Below, one piece after another: positions 55,185-64,000 of a DNA stretch of 64,000 bases (its first letter is position 1; every line of letters starts with the position of its first letter). The position numbers and the translations under genes were made by a program. The stretch comes from Spirochaetaceae bacterium (lineage in GTDB: Bacteria; Spirochaetota; Spirochaetia; SZUA-6; Bin103): contig JAPPGB010000047.1 of NCBI GenBank assembly GCA_028821475.1, positions 1,136 to 65,135 on the forward strand, read 5' to 3'. A model generated the notes under the pieces. The model was given only the letters and a program-made list of their open reading frames with translations. It was not told the origin of the DNA and made no database searches.

Positions 55185-55281
55185 GACGGATCGTACCACA
55201 CTCTCCCGGGGCAGGACCAGACCAGACCAGATCAGACCGCCTTGCCGAAGTCACCGGTGGTTGCGGCCGGCGCCCTTGGGT

Positions 55282-55773
55282 ATGCTCCCGGTGATGGCAG
55301 TGGCGATCGATGCGAGTTGGTATGAGCGGCCGCCCGGCACGCCGGAGCGGCTGACCGCCGGGGGATTGGTGTGCGCGCTGCGCGGAGGTGCGGTGGTCGT
55401 GGCGCTGGTGCGCGAGGGCGACTGGCCGGCCTGGCTCCTTCCCAAGGGCGGCGTGGAGGCCGGCGAGGCGATCGAGGCGGCGGCGCGGCGCGAGATCGCG
55501 GAGGAGGCGGGGTTCACCCGGCTCACCCTGCTCGGCAAGATCGGGGTGCTGGAACGCCTCAACTTCGACCGCGTGCAGTGGACCGTGACCCACCTGTTCG
55601 CCTACGCCACCGGCGAGCGCGACGCGGTGCCGCTCGACCGCGGCGCCCATCCCCAGCCGCCGCGCTGGTTCCGCATCGACGCGCTGCCGGACATGCTGTG
55701 GCCGGACCAGCGGCGGCTGATCGAACGCAGCCACGACCGACTGCGCCGCTGGCTGGCCGGCTCGAACGCCTGA
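55282..55773 (+). CDS. NUDIX hydrolase
   Basis: Canonical Nudix box GGVEAGEAIEAAARREIAEEAG. Start at 55282 or 55294. Confidence 0.8.
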   Translation: MLPVMAVAIDASWYERPPGTPERLTAGGLVCALRGGAVVVALVREGDWPAWLLPKGGVEAGEAIEAAARREIAEEAGFTRLTLLGKIGVLERLNFDRVQWTVTHLFAYATGERDAVPLDRGAHPQPPRWFRIDALPDMLWPDQRRLIERSHDRLRRWLAGSNA

Positions 55774-55856
55774 ACCGACGGCCGCCGCTCCCAGTGAACG
55801 GCACTCCCGGTGTCCGGCGCTCCCGGTGATCGGCGCCGCACCGTGGTGCCGGGCTG

Positions 55857-56807
55857 CTAATACTTCAGCGACTTGTCCACCACGTTCTCCAGCGGCTCGC
55901 CGGCCAGGTAGCGCTGCAGGTTGCGGCGTATCATGGTGCCGACCAGCTCGCCGGTGCGCGCCGAGGTGGGCGACGAGTGCGGGCTGATCAGGATGTTCGG
56001 TGCGTCCCACAGTTCGCTGTCGGCGGGCAGCGGCTCGACCGCGGTCACGTCCAGTCCGGCCCCGGCCAGGGCGCCTTCGCGCAGCATGCGCACCAGCGCC
56101 GCCTCATCGATGATCCCGCCGCGTGACATGCCCAGCAGGTAGGCGGTCGGCTTGAGCAGGGCCAGCCGCTCGGCGCTCAGCATGCCGCGCGTGGCGTCGG
56201 TGATCGGGGTCGCCACCGCCACCACGTCGGCGCGCCGCAGCAGGTCGTCCAGACCGTCGAGCAGGCCCAGCTCCGCCACGTGGTCGGGCCGCGCCACCGG
56301 GTGCGCGTCGACGGCGATAACCGGCATCTCGAACGCGTGCGCCCGCACCGCGATCGCGCGTCCGATGTTGCCCAGTCCGATCACGCCCATGGTCAGGCCG
56401 GCCAGCCCCACGGTGGGTTGCGGCGCCGGCCGCAGCCACACCTTGTCGCGCTGCGCCTGGCGCAGGTCATCGAAGCGCCGCGCCAGCGCGATCAGCATGC
56501 CGAAGGCGTGCTCGGCGATGGTTGCCGCGTGCGCGCCGCGGGTGTTGGTCACCACGATGTCGGTAGCGGCCAGCTCCGGCGGGATCCACTCCACGCCGGC
56601 GCTCCCCGACTGCACCCACTTCAGGCGCGGCGCGGCGGCCAGCAGCTCGGCGGTCACGCTGCCCAGCGCCACCTCGGCATCGGCGGCCGCGGCGAGCTTC
56701 TGCTCCTCGGTGTCCGGAACGATGAACTCCACCGCCGGCAACTCGCGCCGCAGCGCATCGACGAAGCCGACAATCCACTCATTGGTCACCAGAACCTTCA
56801 AACTCAT
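55857..56807 (-). CDS. D-isomer-specific 2-hydroxyacid dehydrogenase family protein
   Basis: 316 aa. NAD-binding GVIGLGNIGRAIA, and the catalytic region ...MSRGG..D..AL...L..G...GA.LDV...EP. Start at the ATG at 56807. Confidence 0.85.
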   Translation of the reverse strand: MSLKVLVTNEWIVGFVDALRRELPAVEFIVPDTEEQKLAAAADAEVALGSVTAELLAAAPRLKWVQSGSAGVEWIPPELAATDIVVTNTRGAHAATIAEHAFGMLIALARRFDDLRQAQRDKVWLRPAPQPTVGLAGLTMGVIGLGNIGRAIAVRAHAFEMPVIAVDAHPVARPDHVAELGLLDGLDDLLRRADVVAVATPITDATRGMLSAERLALLKPTAYLLGMSRGGIIDEAALVRMLREGALAGAGLDVTAVEPLPADSELWDAPNILISPHSSPTSARTGELVGTMIRRNLQRYLAGEPLENVVDKSLKY

Positions 56808-56821
56808 ATCTTGGACTCTCC

Positions 56822-58018
56822 TCAATCGGCGGTCCGCGGGAACACCTCGGACGCTTCGTAAGCATGGCTCGCCGCGACCTGTTCGTTCAACTCGACCCCC
56901 AGGCCGGGGCCGTCCGGCGGGATGATGTAGCCGTCCTGCCACCGGATCGGCCGGCTCAGGAGCTCCGCGTAGAACCCGCCGAAGGTCTCGATGCTCTCCT
57001 GGATGAGGAAGTTGGGACTGCAGGTGGCCAACTGGATGTTGGCGGCCGCCTCGATCGGACCGGCGTACAGGTGCGGCGCCACGTGCACGTAGTGCGCCTC
57101 CGCCATGCCGGCGATCTTCTTCGCCTCCAGGATGCCGCCGACGCGGGCGAGCGCGGGTTGCAGGATCGCGGCCGCCTGCCGGTTCAGCAGCTCGGCGTAC
57201 TCGTACTTGGTCGCCAGCCGCTCGCCGGTGGCCACCGGGATGCTGGTGCCGCGCGCCACCAGCGCCATCTCGGCGCGGTTCTCCGGCGGCACCGGCTCCT
57301 CGAACCACAGCGGATCGAACGGCTCCAGGCGCTTGGCCAAGCGGATCGCCGCGGCGGCGGTCATCTGTCCGTGGGTGCCGATCAGCAGGTCGCAGCGGCG
57401 CCCGACCGCCTCGCGCACGTTGCGTACCACCAGCTCCGTGTTGTCCAGCTCGTGCAGGCTGAGCTGGTGCGGGTCGAGCACCGACATGTGGTGGACCGGG
57501 TCGAGCTTGACCGCCGTGAAGCCCTGGTCCGCGTACGCCGCGGCCCGCGCGGGCGCCGCCACCGGGTCCATCTGGACCGACGTTGCGCGGCCGGACGGCG
57601 GCGCTCCGGCAACCGGGCCCGGGTACAGGTAGGTGTAGGAGCGCAGCCGCTCGTGCACCTTGCCGCCGAGCAGGTTGTAGATCGGCTGCTCCAGCGCCTT
57701 GCCGACGATGTCCCAGCAGGCGATCTCGATGCCGCTGAGCACGCCGATCACGGTGAAGTCGGGGTGCTGGTTGTAGCCGCTGGCGTACACGGTGCGCCAC
57801 AGGCGCTCGATCCGGAACGGGTCCCAGCCGGCGACGTGGCGCTCGAACACGTCCTCGATGAGCCCGGCCACCCGCTGCGGACCGAACGGCACGCCGTACA
57901 CCTCTCCGTAGCCGGCGATACCGGTGTCGGTGGTCAGCTTCAGGAACACCCAGCAGGGGCCGCCCTTGTGGGGCGGCGGGTTGGCCACCACCCAGGTGGC
58001 AAGATCGGTGATTTTCAT
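56822..58018 (-). CDS. Enolase-superfamily enzyme (mandelate racemase/muconate lactonizing enzyme family dehydratase)
   Basis: N-terminal capping domain MKITDLATWVVANPP, then barrel metal-ligand motifs. About 399 aa. Confidence 0.85.
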   Translation of the reverse strand: MKITDLATWVVANPPPHKGGPCWVFLKLTTDTGIAGYGEVYGVPFGPQRVAGLIEDVFERHVAGWDPFRIERLWRTVYASGYNQHPDFTVIGVLSGIEIACWDIVGKALEQPIYNLLGGKVHERLRSYTYLYPGPVAGAPPSGRATSVQMDPVAAPARAAAYADQGFTAVKLDPVHHMSVLDPHQLSLHELDNTELVVRNVREAVGRRCDLLIGTHGQMTAAAAIRLAKRLEPFDPLWFEEPVPPENRAEMALVARGTSIPVATGERLATKYEYAELLNRQAAAILQPALARVGGILEAKKIAGMAEAHYVHVAPHLYAGPIEAAANIQLATCSPNFLIQESIETFGGFYAELLSRPIRWQDGYIIPPDGPGLGVELNEQVAASHAYEASEVFPRTAD

Positions 58019-58171
58019 CGGTGGCACTCCGGGACCCACAGGGTCGTATGCGGCTTATGCGGGGACTGCGCTTTGCACGGTCCGCCCGTGGCATCGTATC
58101 ATGGACGCAGCCACGATTGCCGAACTACTCGACTGCCGAACGACTCGTTGCCCAAACGAAAGGAGATCACG

Positions 58172-58570
58172 ATGCCAATCGAACCGATTCTCTCGAGCGC
58201 CCTGAACACCATCAACCTGGAGGAGATCAAGCGCGAGATGGGGCCGCCGCCGTGGTTCCGCGCCGTGGCGCTGTCCGAGTACGTGATGGGCGCCGTGATC
58301 TGCCAGACCGCGGCCGTCATCACCGACAACCACGTGCACGACTACGACGAGTGGTGGCTGGTGCTCGAAGGCGAGATCCACTGGCAGATCGAGGGCCGCG
58401 CCGAGCCGGTCCGCGCCCGGGCGGGCGACTTCGTCTTCGTGCCCGCGCTCACCTTCCATCACATCTTCCCGCAGGGCGACACCCCCTCGATCCGGCTCGC
58501 GGTGTCGATGCCCGGCCACCCGCACCTGCACACCCGCCCCGAACGCAAGGCCCAGGTCACCATCACCTGA
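58172..58570 (+). CDS. Cupin domain protein
   Basis: AGGAG RBS at 58161-58165. Cupin motifs HVHDYDEWWLVLEGE and GDFVFVPALTFHH. Confidence 0.7.
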   Translation: MPIEPILSSALNTINLEEIKREMGPPPWFRAVALSEYVMGAVICQTAAVITDNHVHDYDEWWLVLEGEIHWQIEGRAEPVRARAGDFVFVPALTFHHIFPQGDTPSIRLAVSMPGHPHLHTRPERKAQVTIT

Positions 58571-58600
58571 CCGGGGCGTCGGCCGGGCGCCGAGGAACGG

Positions 58601-59218
58601 TTACCGGTCGAGAAATGCCACGGTCTGCCGTACGGCCTCGGCGGTGTTTTCCTCCAAGGTGCGACCGGAGCGCTTGCGCGGCCGGAAACCGTGGTCGCCG
58701 TCCGCGATCCAGTGCACGGTGATTGCCGGCGACAGGTCGTAGCCGGCCACCTCGTCGCGGTTGCCCATCGCATCGCGCTCGCCCTGCAGGATCAGGGTGG
58801 GGGTTCGCAGCGTCGCCAGGTGCGCGGTGCGCAGCCTGTCAGGCCGCCCGAGAGGGTGAAACGGGTAGGCGTAGCAGATCAGCGCCTGCGCGGCGCACTC
58901 GTCGGCCACCAGGCTGGCGATGCGCCCGCCCATGGAGCGTCCGCCGATCGCCACGTCACCGCCGACCGCGGTCCGGACGCGTGCGATCACGTCGCGCCAG
59001 GTCTGCTCCAGCACCGGCTGGCGGTCGGGAGCACCGCCCCGGCCGTTTACCCGGCGGCGGTGCATGTACGGGAACTCGAACCGCGCCACCCGCAGCCCGG
59101 CGTCGTTGAGTCCGTCGGCGAGCGCGTTCATCGCCGGATGGTCCATCGCCTGGCCGGCGCCATGGGCCAGGATCACGGTATGCCGGGCATCGATCGGCCC
59201 GGTGATCAGCGCCTGCAT
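58601..59218 (-). CDS. Alpha/beta hydrolase (COG3571/KANL3-Tex30-like)
   Basis: VILAHGAG...GGRSMGG nucleophile elbow ...DGDHG. Its ATG overlaps the GGT stop (ATGA). Confidence 0.7.
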   Translation of the reverse strand: MQALITGPIDARHTVILAHGAGQAMDHPAMNALADGLNDAGLRVARFEFPYMHRRRVNGRGGAPDRQPVLEQTWRDVIARVRTAVGGDVAIGGRSMGGRIASLVADECAAQALICYAYPFHPLGRPDRLRTAHLATLRTPTLILQGERDAMGNRDEVAGYDLSPAITVHWIADGDHGFRPRKRSGRTLEENTAEAVRQTVAFLDR

Positions 59219-60924
59219 CACAGCCCCGCCGCGTGCGCGCTGTGGAAGGTATCGGCGCCGCCGCGCAGGCCGCCGGCGGCGCGCGCGGCGGCGACCGGGC
59301 TGGCGAACGGGCTGAGGCCCTCGGTGACGTAGCGCGAATCGATGGCGCCGACATGGTGGCGGCGCGCGCGCAACTCGTCGATCACCGCGGGGTCGACGCG
59401 GCCGTCGACGGCGGTCAGCGGCGTGCTGCAGTCGAGCCGCGGCGCGTCGATGGCGGCCTGCGGGCCGAGCCCGAAGTCGAGCATCTTCACCACCAGGCTG
59501 GTAACGCAGTTGGTGATCCGGCGCCCGCCGGAAGCCCCCACCGCCAGCCGTGCCCCCCCGCCGTCGAGCACCAACAGCGGCGACATGTTGTTGAGCGGCA
59601 GCCTGCGCGGCGCGACCGAGTTGACGTGGCCGGGCACGGGATCGAACCACATCATGCCGTTGTTGAGCACCACGCCGGTGCCGGGCGCCACCACGCCGGA
59701 GCCGAAGCCGGCCATCAGCGTGTTGGTGAGCGACACCGCGTTGCCGTCGCCGTCGAGCACGCACAGGTGGGTGGTGCCGTCCTGGTAGCCGGGCGCGCTG
59801 CCGGGTGGACGCCGCGGCGCGCGCCTGCCCTCCTCCCGCCACGGGTCGCCGGCCTTGAAGTGGTGCGGCGCCTTGCGTCCGACCGCCGCCCAGCGGCGCG
59901 CGGCGTAGGCGGGCGATGTGAGGCCGCGCCACGGTACGTCGGCGCTTTCCGGGTCAGCCAGAAAGGCGAACCGGTCGGCGTAGGCGAGGCGGGCGGCGCA
60001 GATGTAGCGGTGCAGCGCCTCGGCGCTGTTGTGCCCGCAGGCGGCCAGGTCGGCGTTGGCAAGCATCTGCAGGGTCATGGCGCTGGTGATGCCGCCGCTC
60101 GCGAACGGAGCCACGCGCACGCGCAGGTCGCGGTAACGCACCTCCAGGGGGCCGTCCCCGGACACGCCCGCCTGCCAATGCAACGGGCGGTAGGTCTCCA
60201 GGTCGGCGCGGCTCAGCACGCCGCCGCCGGCGCGCACGGCGTCCACGATGCGGCCCGCCACGCCGCCGCGGTAGAAGCCGGCGGCGCCGCCGCGGGCAAT
60301 TCCCTCGAGCGTATCGGCCAGTTCCGGCTGGCGGATCTTGGCCGGTTCCGCGCGCACCGGATCGCCGCGCCGGTAGCCGGGGCCGGGAATCTGTATGCCG
60401 TGCGGCAGGTCTCCGTTCGGCAGAAACACGCGCCGCAGCTCCGCATGGCGGGTCAGCTTGCCGGCCTGCTGGCCGAACGCCATCAGGTCGTGGAACTCCA
60501 GCGCGAAGCCGCCGCGCGCCAGCTCGATGGCGGGGGCGAGCACGTCCTCCAGCGGCAGGCGGCCAAGTTCCCGCTGCGCCGCGGTCAGGCCGGCCACCGC
60601 GCCGGGGGTGGCCACCGAACGCGGCCCCTCCAGGTTGGCGTCGTCCTCGACCCCCGGCCAGCCGAACGCGCCGACCGCGGGGGTACCCGTGAGTCGGTAC
60701 ATGCCGGGGGTCACCCCCAGCGGCGCGCGCATCGGGAACCCGAACACGCCGCCGCGCCCGCCCACCTGGTACACCAGGTAGCCGCCGCCGCCGATGCCGC
60801 TGCTCCACGGCTCCACCACGCCGACCGCGAACGCCGCCGCCACCGCCGCGTCCACCACGTTGCCGCCGCCGCGCAGCATGTCCAGCGCCGCCTTGGTCGC
60901 CAGCCGGTGCTTGGTGGCCACCAT
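59218..60924 (-). CDS. ggt: Gamma-glutamyltransferase
   Basis: About 568 aa from MVATKHRLATKAALDMLRGGGNVVDAAVAA. Contains the GGT family TTH autoprocessing region (GTTHLCV). The upstream ORF-track extension is spurious. Confidence 0.85.
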   Translation of the reverse strand: MVATKHRLATKAALDMLRGGGNVVDAAVAAAFAVGVVEPWSSGIGGGGYLVYQVGGRGGVFGFPMRAPLGVTPGMYRLTGTPAVGAFGWPGVEDDANLEGPRSVATPGAVAGLTAAQRELGRLPLEDVLAPAIELARGGFALEFHDLMAFGQQAGKLTRHAELRRVFLPNGDLPHGIQIPGPGYRRGDPVRAEPAKIRQPELADTLEGIARGGAAGFYRGGVAGRIVDAVRAGGGVLSRADLETYRPLHWQAGVSGDGPLEVRYRDLRVRVAPFASGGITSAMTLQMLANADLAACGHNSAEALHRYICAARLAYADRFAFLADPESADVPWRGLTSPAYAARRWAAVGRKAPHHFKAGDPWREEGRRAPRRPPGSAPGYQDGTTHLCVLDGDGNAVSLTNTLMAGFGSGVVAPGTGVVLNNGMMWFDPVPGHVNSVAPRRLPLNNMSPLLVLDGGGARLAVGASGGRRITNCVTSLVVKMLDFGLGPQAAIDAPRLDCSTPLTAVDGRVDPAVIDELRARRHHVGAIDSRYVTEGLSPFASPVAAARAAGGLRGGADTFHSAHAAGL

Positions 60925-60989
60925 CGCCCGCTCGCCGCGCGCCGCCTGCTTGCCACTGCTGAACGCGCTCTCGCGCACGGCCGCCTCGC

Positions 60990-61418
60990 TCACGACGCGT
61001 TTCCGCCCGCAGACGTGTCCAGAGGCGCGGGCGCCAGTGCGCTCTCGAATTGGCCTGTTGCCAGCAGCACGAGCGTGCATGCCTCCAGGTACGGAATGCC
61101 GTGCTCGTCGAGCGCCCGCTCCAACTGCTCCGACTCGGTGCCGGGGTTGAGGATGACCCGCCGCGGGCGGGCGGCGACGATGCCGTCGATCAACGGGACG
61201 ACGTGGCGCGGCCCGACGTACACGGTGAGGGTGTGCACCCGGCGCTGCAGCGCGCCCAGGCCGGGCACCACGGGCAATCCCTCTATTTCCTCGTGCGCAG
61301 GGTTGATCGGCACCACGCCGTAGCCGTGCTGCTGCAGGGCACGCACGGCGCGGTTGGCGTAGCGCTGCCGGTTGCGGCTGGCCCCGAGAACGGCGACCTG
61401 GTGATTGCTGGCTGCCAT
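60990..61418 (-). CDS. CoA-binding domain protein (COG1832)
   Basis: 142 aa, VAVLGASRN..RYANRAVRALQQHGYGVVPINP. Confidence 0.7.
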   Translation of the reverse strand: MAASNHQVAVLGASRNRQRYANRAVRALQQHGYGVVPINPAHEEIEGLPVVPGLGALQRRVHTLTVYVGPRHVVPLIDGIVAARPRRVILNPGTESEQLERALDEHGIPYLEACTLVLLATGQFESALAPAPLDTSAGGNAS

Positions 61419-61431
61419 GACTGCTTCCTAT

Positions 61432-61520
61432 GCCTGGTCCGGAAAAGCCGGCCGGCGGGCGATGCCTGAGCATCGGATTTCATCGTCTCCAAGTCACGGA
61501 GTGACCGTTCAGACTCGTTC
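61432..61520 (-). promoter_or_regulatory. Conserved ~90-nt two-hairpin leader element, copy B (5' of the CoA-binding/ggt operon)
   Basis: Same hairpin pair (GUCAC-ucc-GUGAC; CGAUGC-ucag-GCAUCG), GCCGGCCGGC palindrome and spacing as 46711-46800, ending about 15 nt before the AGGAAG RBS and ATG. Confidence 0.4.
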
Positions 61521-61705
61521 TCAATTGTACGCCGCCGGCCCCGCCCTGACCATGCCGACTGCGGTGTGAGCGTAACGAGCGTTTTCGTCCATGCTGCACC
61601 GTTGCACCGGTTCGGTCTCAGTGTACGGAGAGCAGGCTCCCGTGACCCGGGGCACGTCGCAGTGGACGATGGGGTGATCCGCATGGGGAGCCGCCTGCCG
61701 AGCCG

Positions 61706-63001
61706 TCAGCCGAAGTACTCGTTCCCGCGGCGGTCGGCCACCCGAGGATAGCGGATCAGGAAGCGGGTGATCTCGGCGAGCAGCTCTTGCTGCCGGGCGC
61801 GGTAGGCGGGATCGTCGTAACGGTTCGTCGCTTCCTCCGGGTCGTCGGCCAGGTCGTACAGTTCACACCTGTCATCGGCGTAGAAGTTCAGCTTCAGGCG
61901 CTCGGTGCGCGCCATCTGACCCTCCAGCAGCATCGCGTGCACGATCCGCCGATGCACGGAGTCGGCGTGCGCCACCACCGGGACAAGACTGCGCCCGGCC
62001 GGCGCCTGCAGGCCCTCGGGATGCGGCACGCCGAGGAGGTCGCAGATGGTCGGGAACAGGTCCACCATCTCGACAAGCTGCTGCCGGTCGGCGCCGGCGT
62101 GGGCGGCGCCCGGCAGGCGGATCACCAGCGGCACGCGGACCGACGCCTCGTACAGGTTGCCCATCTTGCCCGCCATGCCGTGCTCGCCGAGCTGGTCGCC
62201 ATGATCGGAGACCAGCACCACGAGAGTGTCGTCGAGCGTTGCCGTTGCGCGCAGCGTGGCGAGGATGCGACCGACGCAGTCGTCGAGCAGCGTGATCAGC
62301 GCCAGGTAGGTGGCGATCACCTGGCGGCGCGTCGCGTCGGGATAGGAGTCCCAGCGCCGGCGCGGGACGCCCTGGATCGACGGGCGCGCGGCGTCGTGGC
62401 GCACCGACGGCCGCGGCGGCAGCGTGATCCGGTCCGCGGAGTAGAGGCCGGCGTACTCGAGCGGCGGGTACAACGGAGGGTGGGGCGCGTAGATGCCCAC
62501 GAATGCCGCGAACGGTGCGCCGGCGGCGCGGCCGCGCAGGTAGTCGTCGAACTGCCGGCAGGCCACGAAGTCGCAATACTCCTCCGCCGGCCGGTCGAAC
62601 ACGCCGGTGATCCGCTCGGGATCTTCCAGGTAGCCGTGGTTCTCGAATCCCATGGTGGCCACCTTGTCGTAGGTGACCGACCGGAAGCCGCGGTTGACGC
62701 CGTGCGTCTTGCCGAACGCCACGCAGTCGAAGCCGTGCGCGGATAGGTGGTGGCCCAGATCGCGCTCGCCGGCCGGCAGGCGGTGGGTGTTGTGCAGCAC
62801 GCCGACCTGGTGCGGGTAGCGCCCGGTGATCAACGACGCTCGCGACGGCACGCACACCGGGTAGTTGGCGAAGCAGTTGCCGAACGACACCGCTTCGGCG
62901 CGCAGCGCGTCGATGTTCGGGGTGCGTGCGAACGGATAGTGTTCATGGAACAGCACGTCCTTGCGCGCTTCGTCGGACATGATCAGCACCAGGTTGGGCA
63001 T
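61706..63001 (-). CDS. Sulfatase (formylglycine-dependent arylsulfatase family)
   Basis: CVPSRASLITGRY signature (C-x-P-x-R). Start at M 63001 or 63022. Confidence 0.8.
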   Translation of the reverse strand: MPNLVLIMSDEARKDVLFHEHYPFARTPNIDALRAEAVSFGNCFANYPVCVPSRASLITGRYPHQVGVLHNTHRLPAGERDLGHHLSAHGFDCVAFGKTHGVNRGFRSVTYDKVATMGFENHGYLEDPERITGVFDRPAEEYCDFVACRQFDDYLRGRAAGAPFAAFVGIYAPHPPLYPPLEYAGLYSADRITLPPRPSVRHDAARPSIQGVPRRRWDSYPDATRRQVIATYLALITLLDDCVGRILATLRATATLDDTLVVLVSDHGDQLGEHGMAGKMGNLYEASVRVPLVIRLPGAAHAGADRQQLVEMVDLFPTICDLLGVPHPEGLQAPAGRSLVPVVAHADSVHRRIVHAMLLEGQMARTERLKLNFYADDRCELYDLADDPEEATNRYDDPAYRARQQELLAEITRFLIRYPRVADRRGNEYFG

Positions 63002-63183
63002 CGCCGCCTCCGCGCCCATCATACCCGTGCCGGCGGCGCCCGCACCTGCCCGGTAGCGTGGAGCGGACGATGGTCGTGTTGCGCGGCGTCACCGGCGCAA
63101 AGTCCGGCGGAGCCGGTCGGGGTTGACCGTCGGTCCGGTCCATGAAACGGTGAGGCGGGCAGTCGGCCCGCGAGGAGTACCAC

Positions 63184-64000
63184 ATGAAGTTCGGAATCCA
63201 GGTCAACGTCTACGGTGTCACCTGGGACGAGATTGCGCGTTCGATCAACGCCATGGAGGCGGGGCCATGGCACAGCCTCTGGTTCGCCGACCATTTCTTC
63301 CCGCCGTGGGGCGGGCCCAAGGGCCAGCGCTCGAGCGAGCACCGGCCGGCGTTCGAGGGCTACACGATGGCCGCGGTCGCCGCCGGCATGACCAGCAAGC
63401 TGCGGCTCGGGCACCTGGTGCTGGGCAACACCTACCGCAACCCGGCGCTGCTCGCCAAGATGGCCACCTCGCTCGACCAGGCATCCAAGGGCCGGTTTAC
63501 CCTGTCGCTGGGCGCCGCCTGGTGCGAGCGCGAGCACTACGGCTTCGGGTGGAAGTTCCCGACCATGCGCGAACGCTCGGACCGCTTCGAGGAGGCGTGC
63601 AAGCTGATCCGCACGCTGTTCACCACCGAGGGGCCGATCGACTTCCGCGGCCGCTACTACTGGGCCGACCAGTTGCAGATGTCTCCGGGCTGCTACCAGA
63701 AGCCGCACATTCCGATCCTGGTGGGCGGTACCGGCGAGCGGCGCACCCTGCGCACCCTGGCCAAGTACGGCGACATGCTCAACCTGGACGGCTGGGCCGG
63801 GCAGGGCGTGTCGCTGGATATGTTCCGCCACAAGGTGTCGGTGCTGGAGCGCCATTGCGAGCGCGTCGGGCGCGACCCGGCCGAGATCCGGCGCACCATC
63901 CTGATGCCGATCGTGGTCGGCGACGACGCCGCGGCAGAGAAGGCGGGCGCTGCCCTGACCAAGTCGTTGGGCGAGGGCACGATGGTGGGCAGCCGCCAGC
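63184..64000 (+). CDS. LLM-class (luciferase-like) flavin/F420-dependent oxidoreductase, 3'-partial at window edge
   Basis: MKFGIQVNVYGVTWDE...WFADHFFP...LGHLVLGNTYRNPALLAKMATSLD is typical of the LLM family. It continues past 64000. Confidence 0.75.
   Translation, partial: MKFGIQVNVYGVTWDEIARSINAMEAGPWHSLWFADHFFPPWGGPKGQRSSEHRPAFEGYTMAAVAAGMTSKLRLGHLVLGNTYRNPALLAKMATSLDQASKGRFTLSLGAAWCEREHYGFGWKFPTMRERSDRFEEACKLIRTLFTTEGPIDFRGRYYWADQLQMSPGCYQKPHIPILVGGTGERRTLRTLAKYGDMLNLDGWAGQGVSLDMFRHKVSVLERHCERVGRDPAEIRRTILMPIVVGDDAAAEKAGAALTKSLGEGTMVGSRQ

Noticed and set aside
34700-55250. Sedentary chromosomal integron (TA-rich cassette array).
   Set aside because: Modules are in mixed orientation. Operon-sized dppBC units are interspersed. 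I could find no recurring attC-like imperfect palindromes at cassette boundaries and no intI in the window. I keep it only as an analogy.
55857-58094. Single 745-aa ORF spanning the D-2-hydroxyacid dehydrogenase and the enolase-family gene.
   Set aside because: The N-terminal 430 aa are an out-of-frame, low-complexity read-through of the enolase-family gene. The real genes are 55857-56807 and 56822-58018.

Overview
This is a 64-kb window of high-GC (~68-70%) bacterial chromosome with GTGA/ATGA-coupled operons. The organism looks diderm (autotransporter-like barrel, GldG-type ABC system) but its taxon is unknown. No rRNA, tRNA or CRISPR array was found.

The left 35 kb is ordinary chromosome with accessory features:
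- a CUT1 sugar ABC permease and solute-binding protein;
- a hybrid histidine kinase and a PAS response regulator, with a sigma-54 activator that carries a paralogous receiver-PAS module;
- a catalase co-oriented with a split XRE/S24 (LexA/CI-like) repressor;
- a 1.6-kaa secreted multi-repeat Calx-beta protein with poly-Pro linker and an autotransporter-like C-terminus, fronted by a nested palindrome;
- a Gfo/Idh/MocA oxidoreductase;
- a PhyH dioxygenase fused to a Nudix-like domain;
- a low-GC two-gene islet (HEPN-like protein plus unknown partner);
- an SDR translationally coupled to a GTDC1/DUF3524 glycosyltransferase;
- a DUF433/DUF5615 toxin-antitoxin (TA) pair;
- a RarA-methyltransferase fusion;
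- a ParD/ParE module whose toxin carries an in-frame amber stop;
- a PIN/Phd pair and ribulokinase;
- a four-gene GldA/F/G + DUF4340 ABC-2 operon that ends in a deletion scar fusing it to an enolase-family gene fragment.

From about 34.7 to 55.2 kb lies a dense, heavily rearranged toxin-antitoxin island:
- two hicAB copies (one with hicA deleted, one with hicA frameshifted), each behind the same operator palindrome;
- HEPN/MNT, with an MNT paralog plus a HEPN stub elsewhere;
- YefM/YoeB, UPF0175/DUF3368-PIN, VapBC and two Phd/VapC pairs;
- many gene fragments: three DUF3368-PIN pieces, three copies of the 5' end of an AAA-ATPase gene, and two DUF433 remnants;
- all interleaved with an orphan dppABC operon and three extra full or truncated dppB/dppC paralog cassettes.

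A roughly 90-nt two-hairpin leader element occurs twice, in front of unrelated genes. The right end of the window encodes D-2-hydroxyacid dehydrogenase, an MR/MLE enolase-family enzyme, cupin, alpha/beta hydrolase, GGT, a CoA-binding protein, a sulfatase and a partial LLM flavin oxidoreductase.
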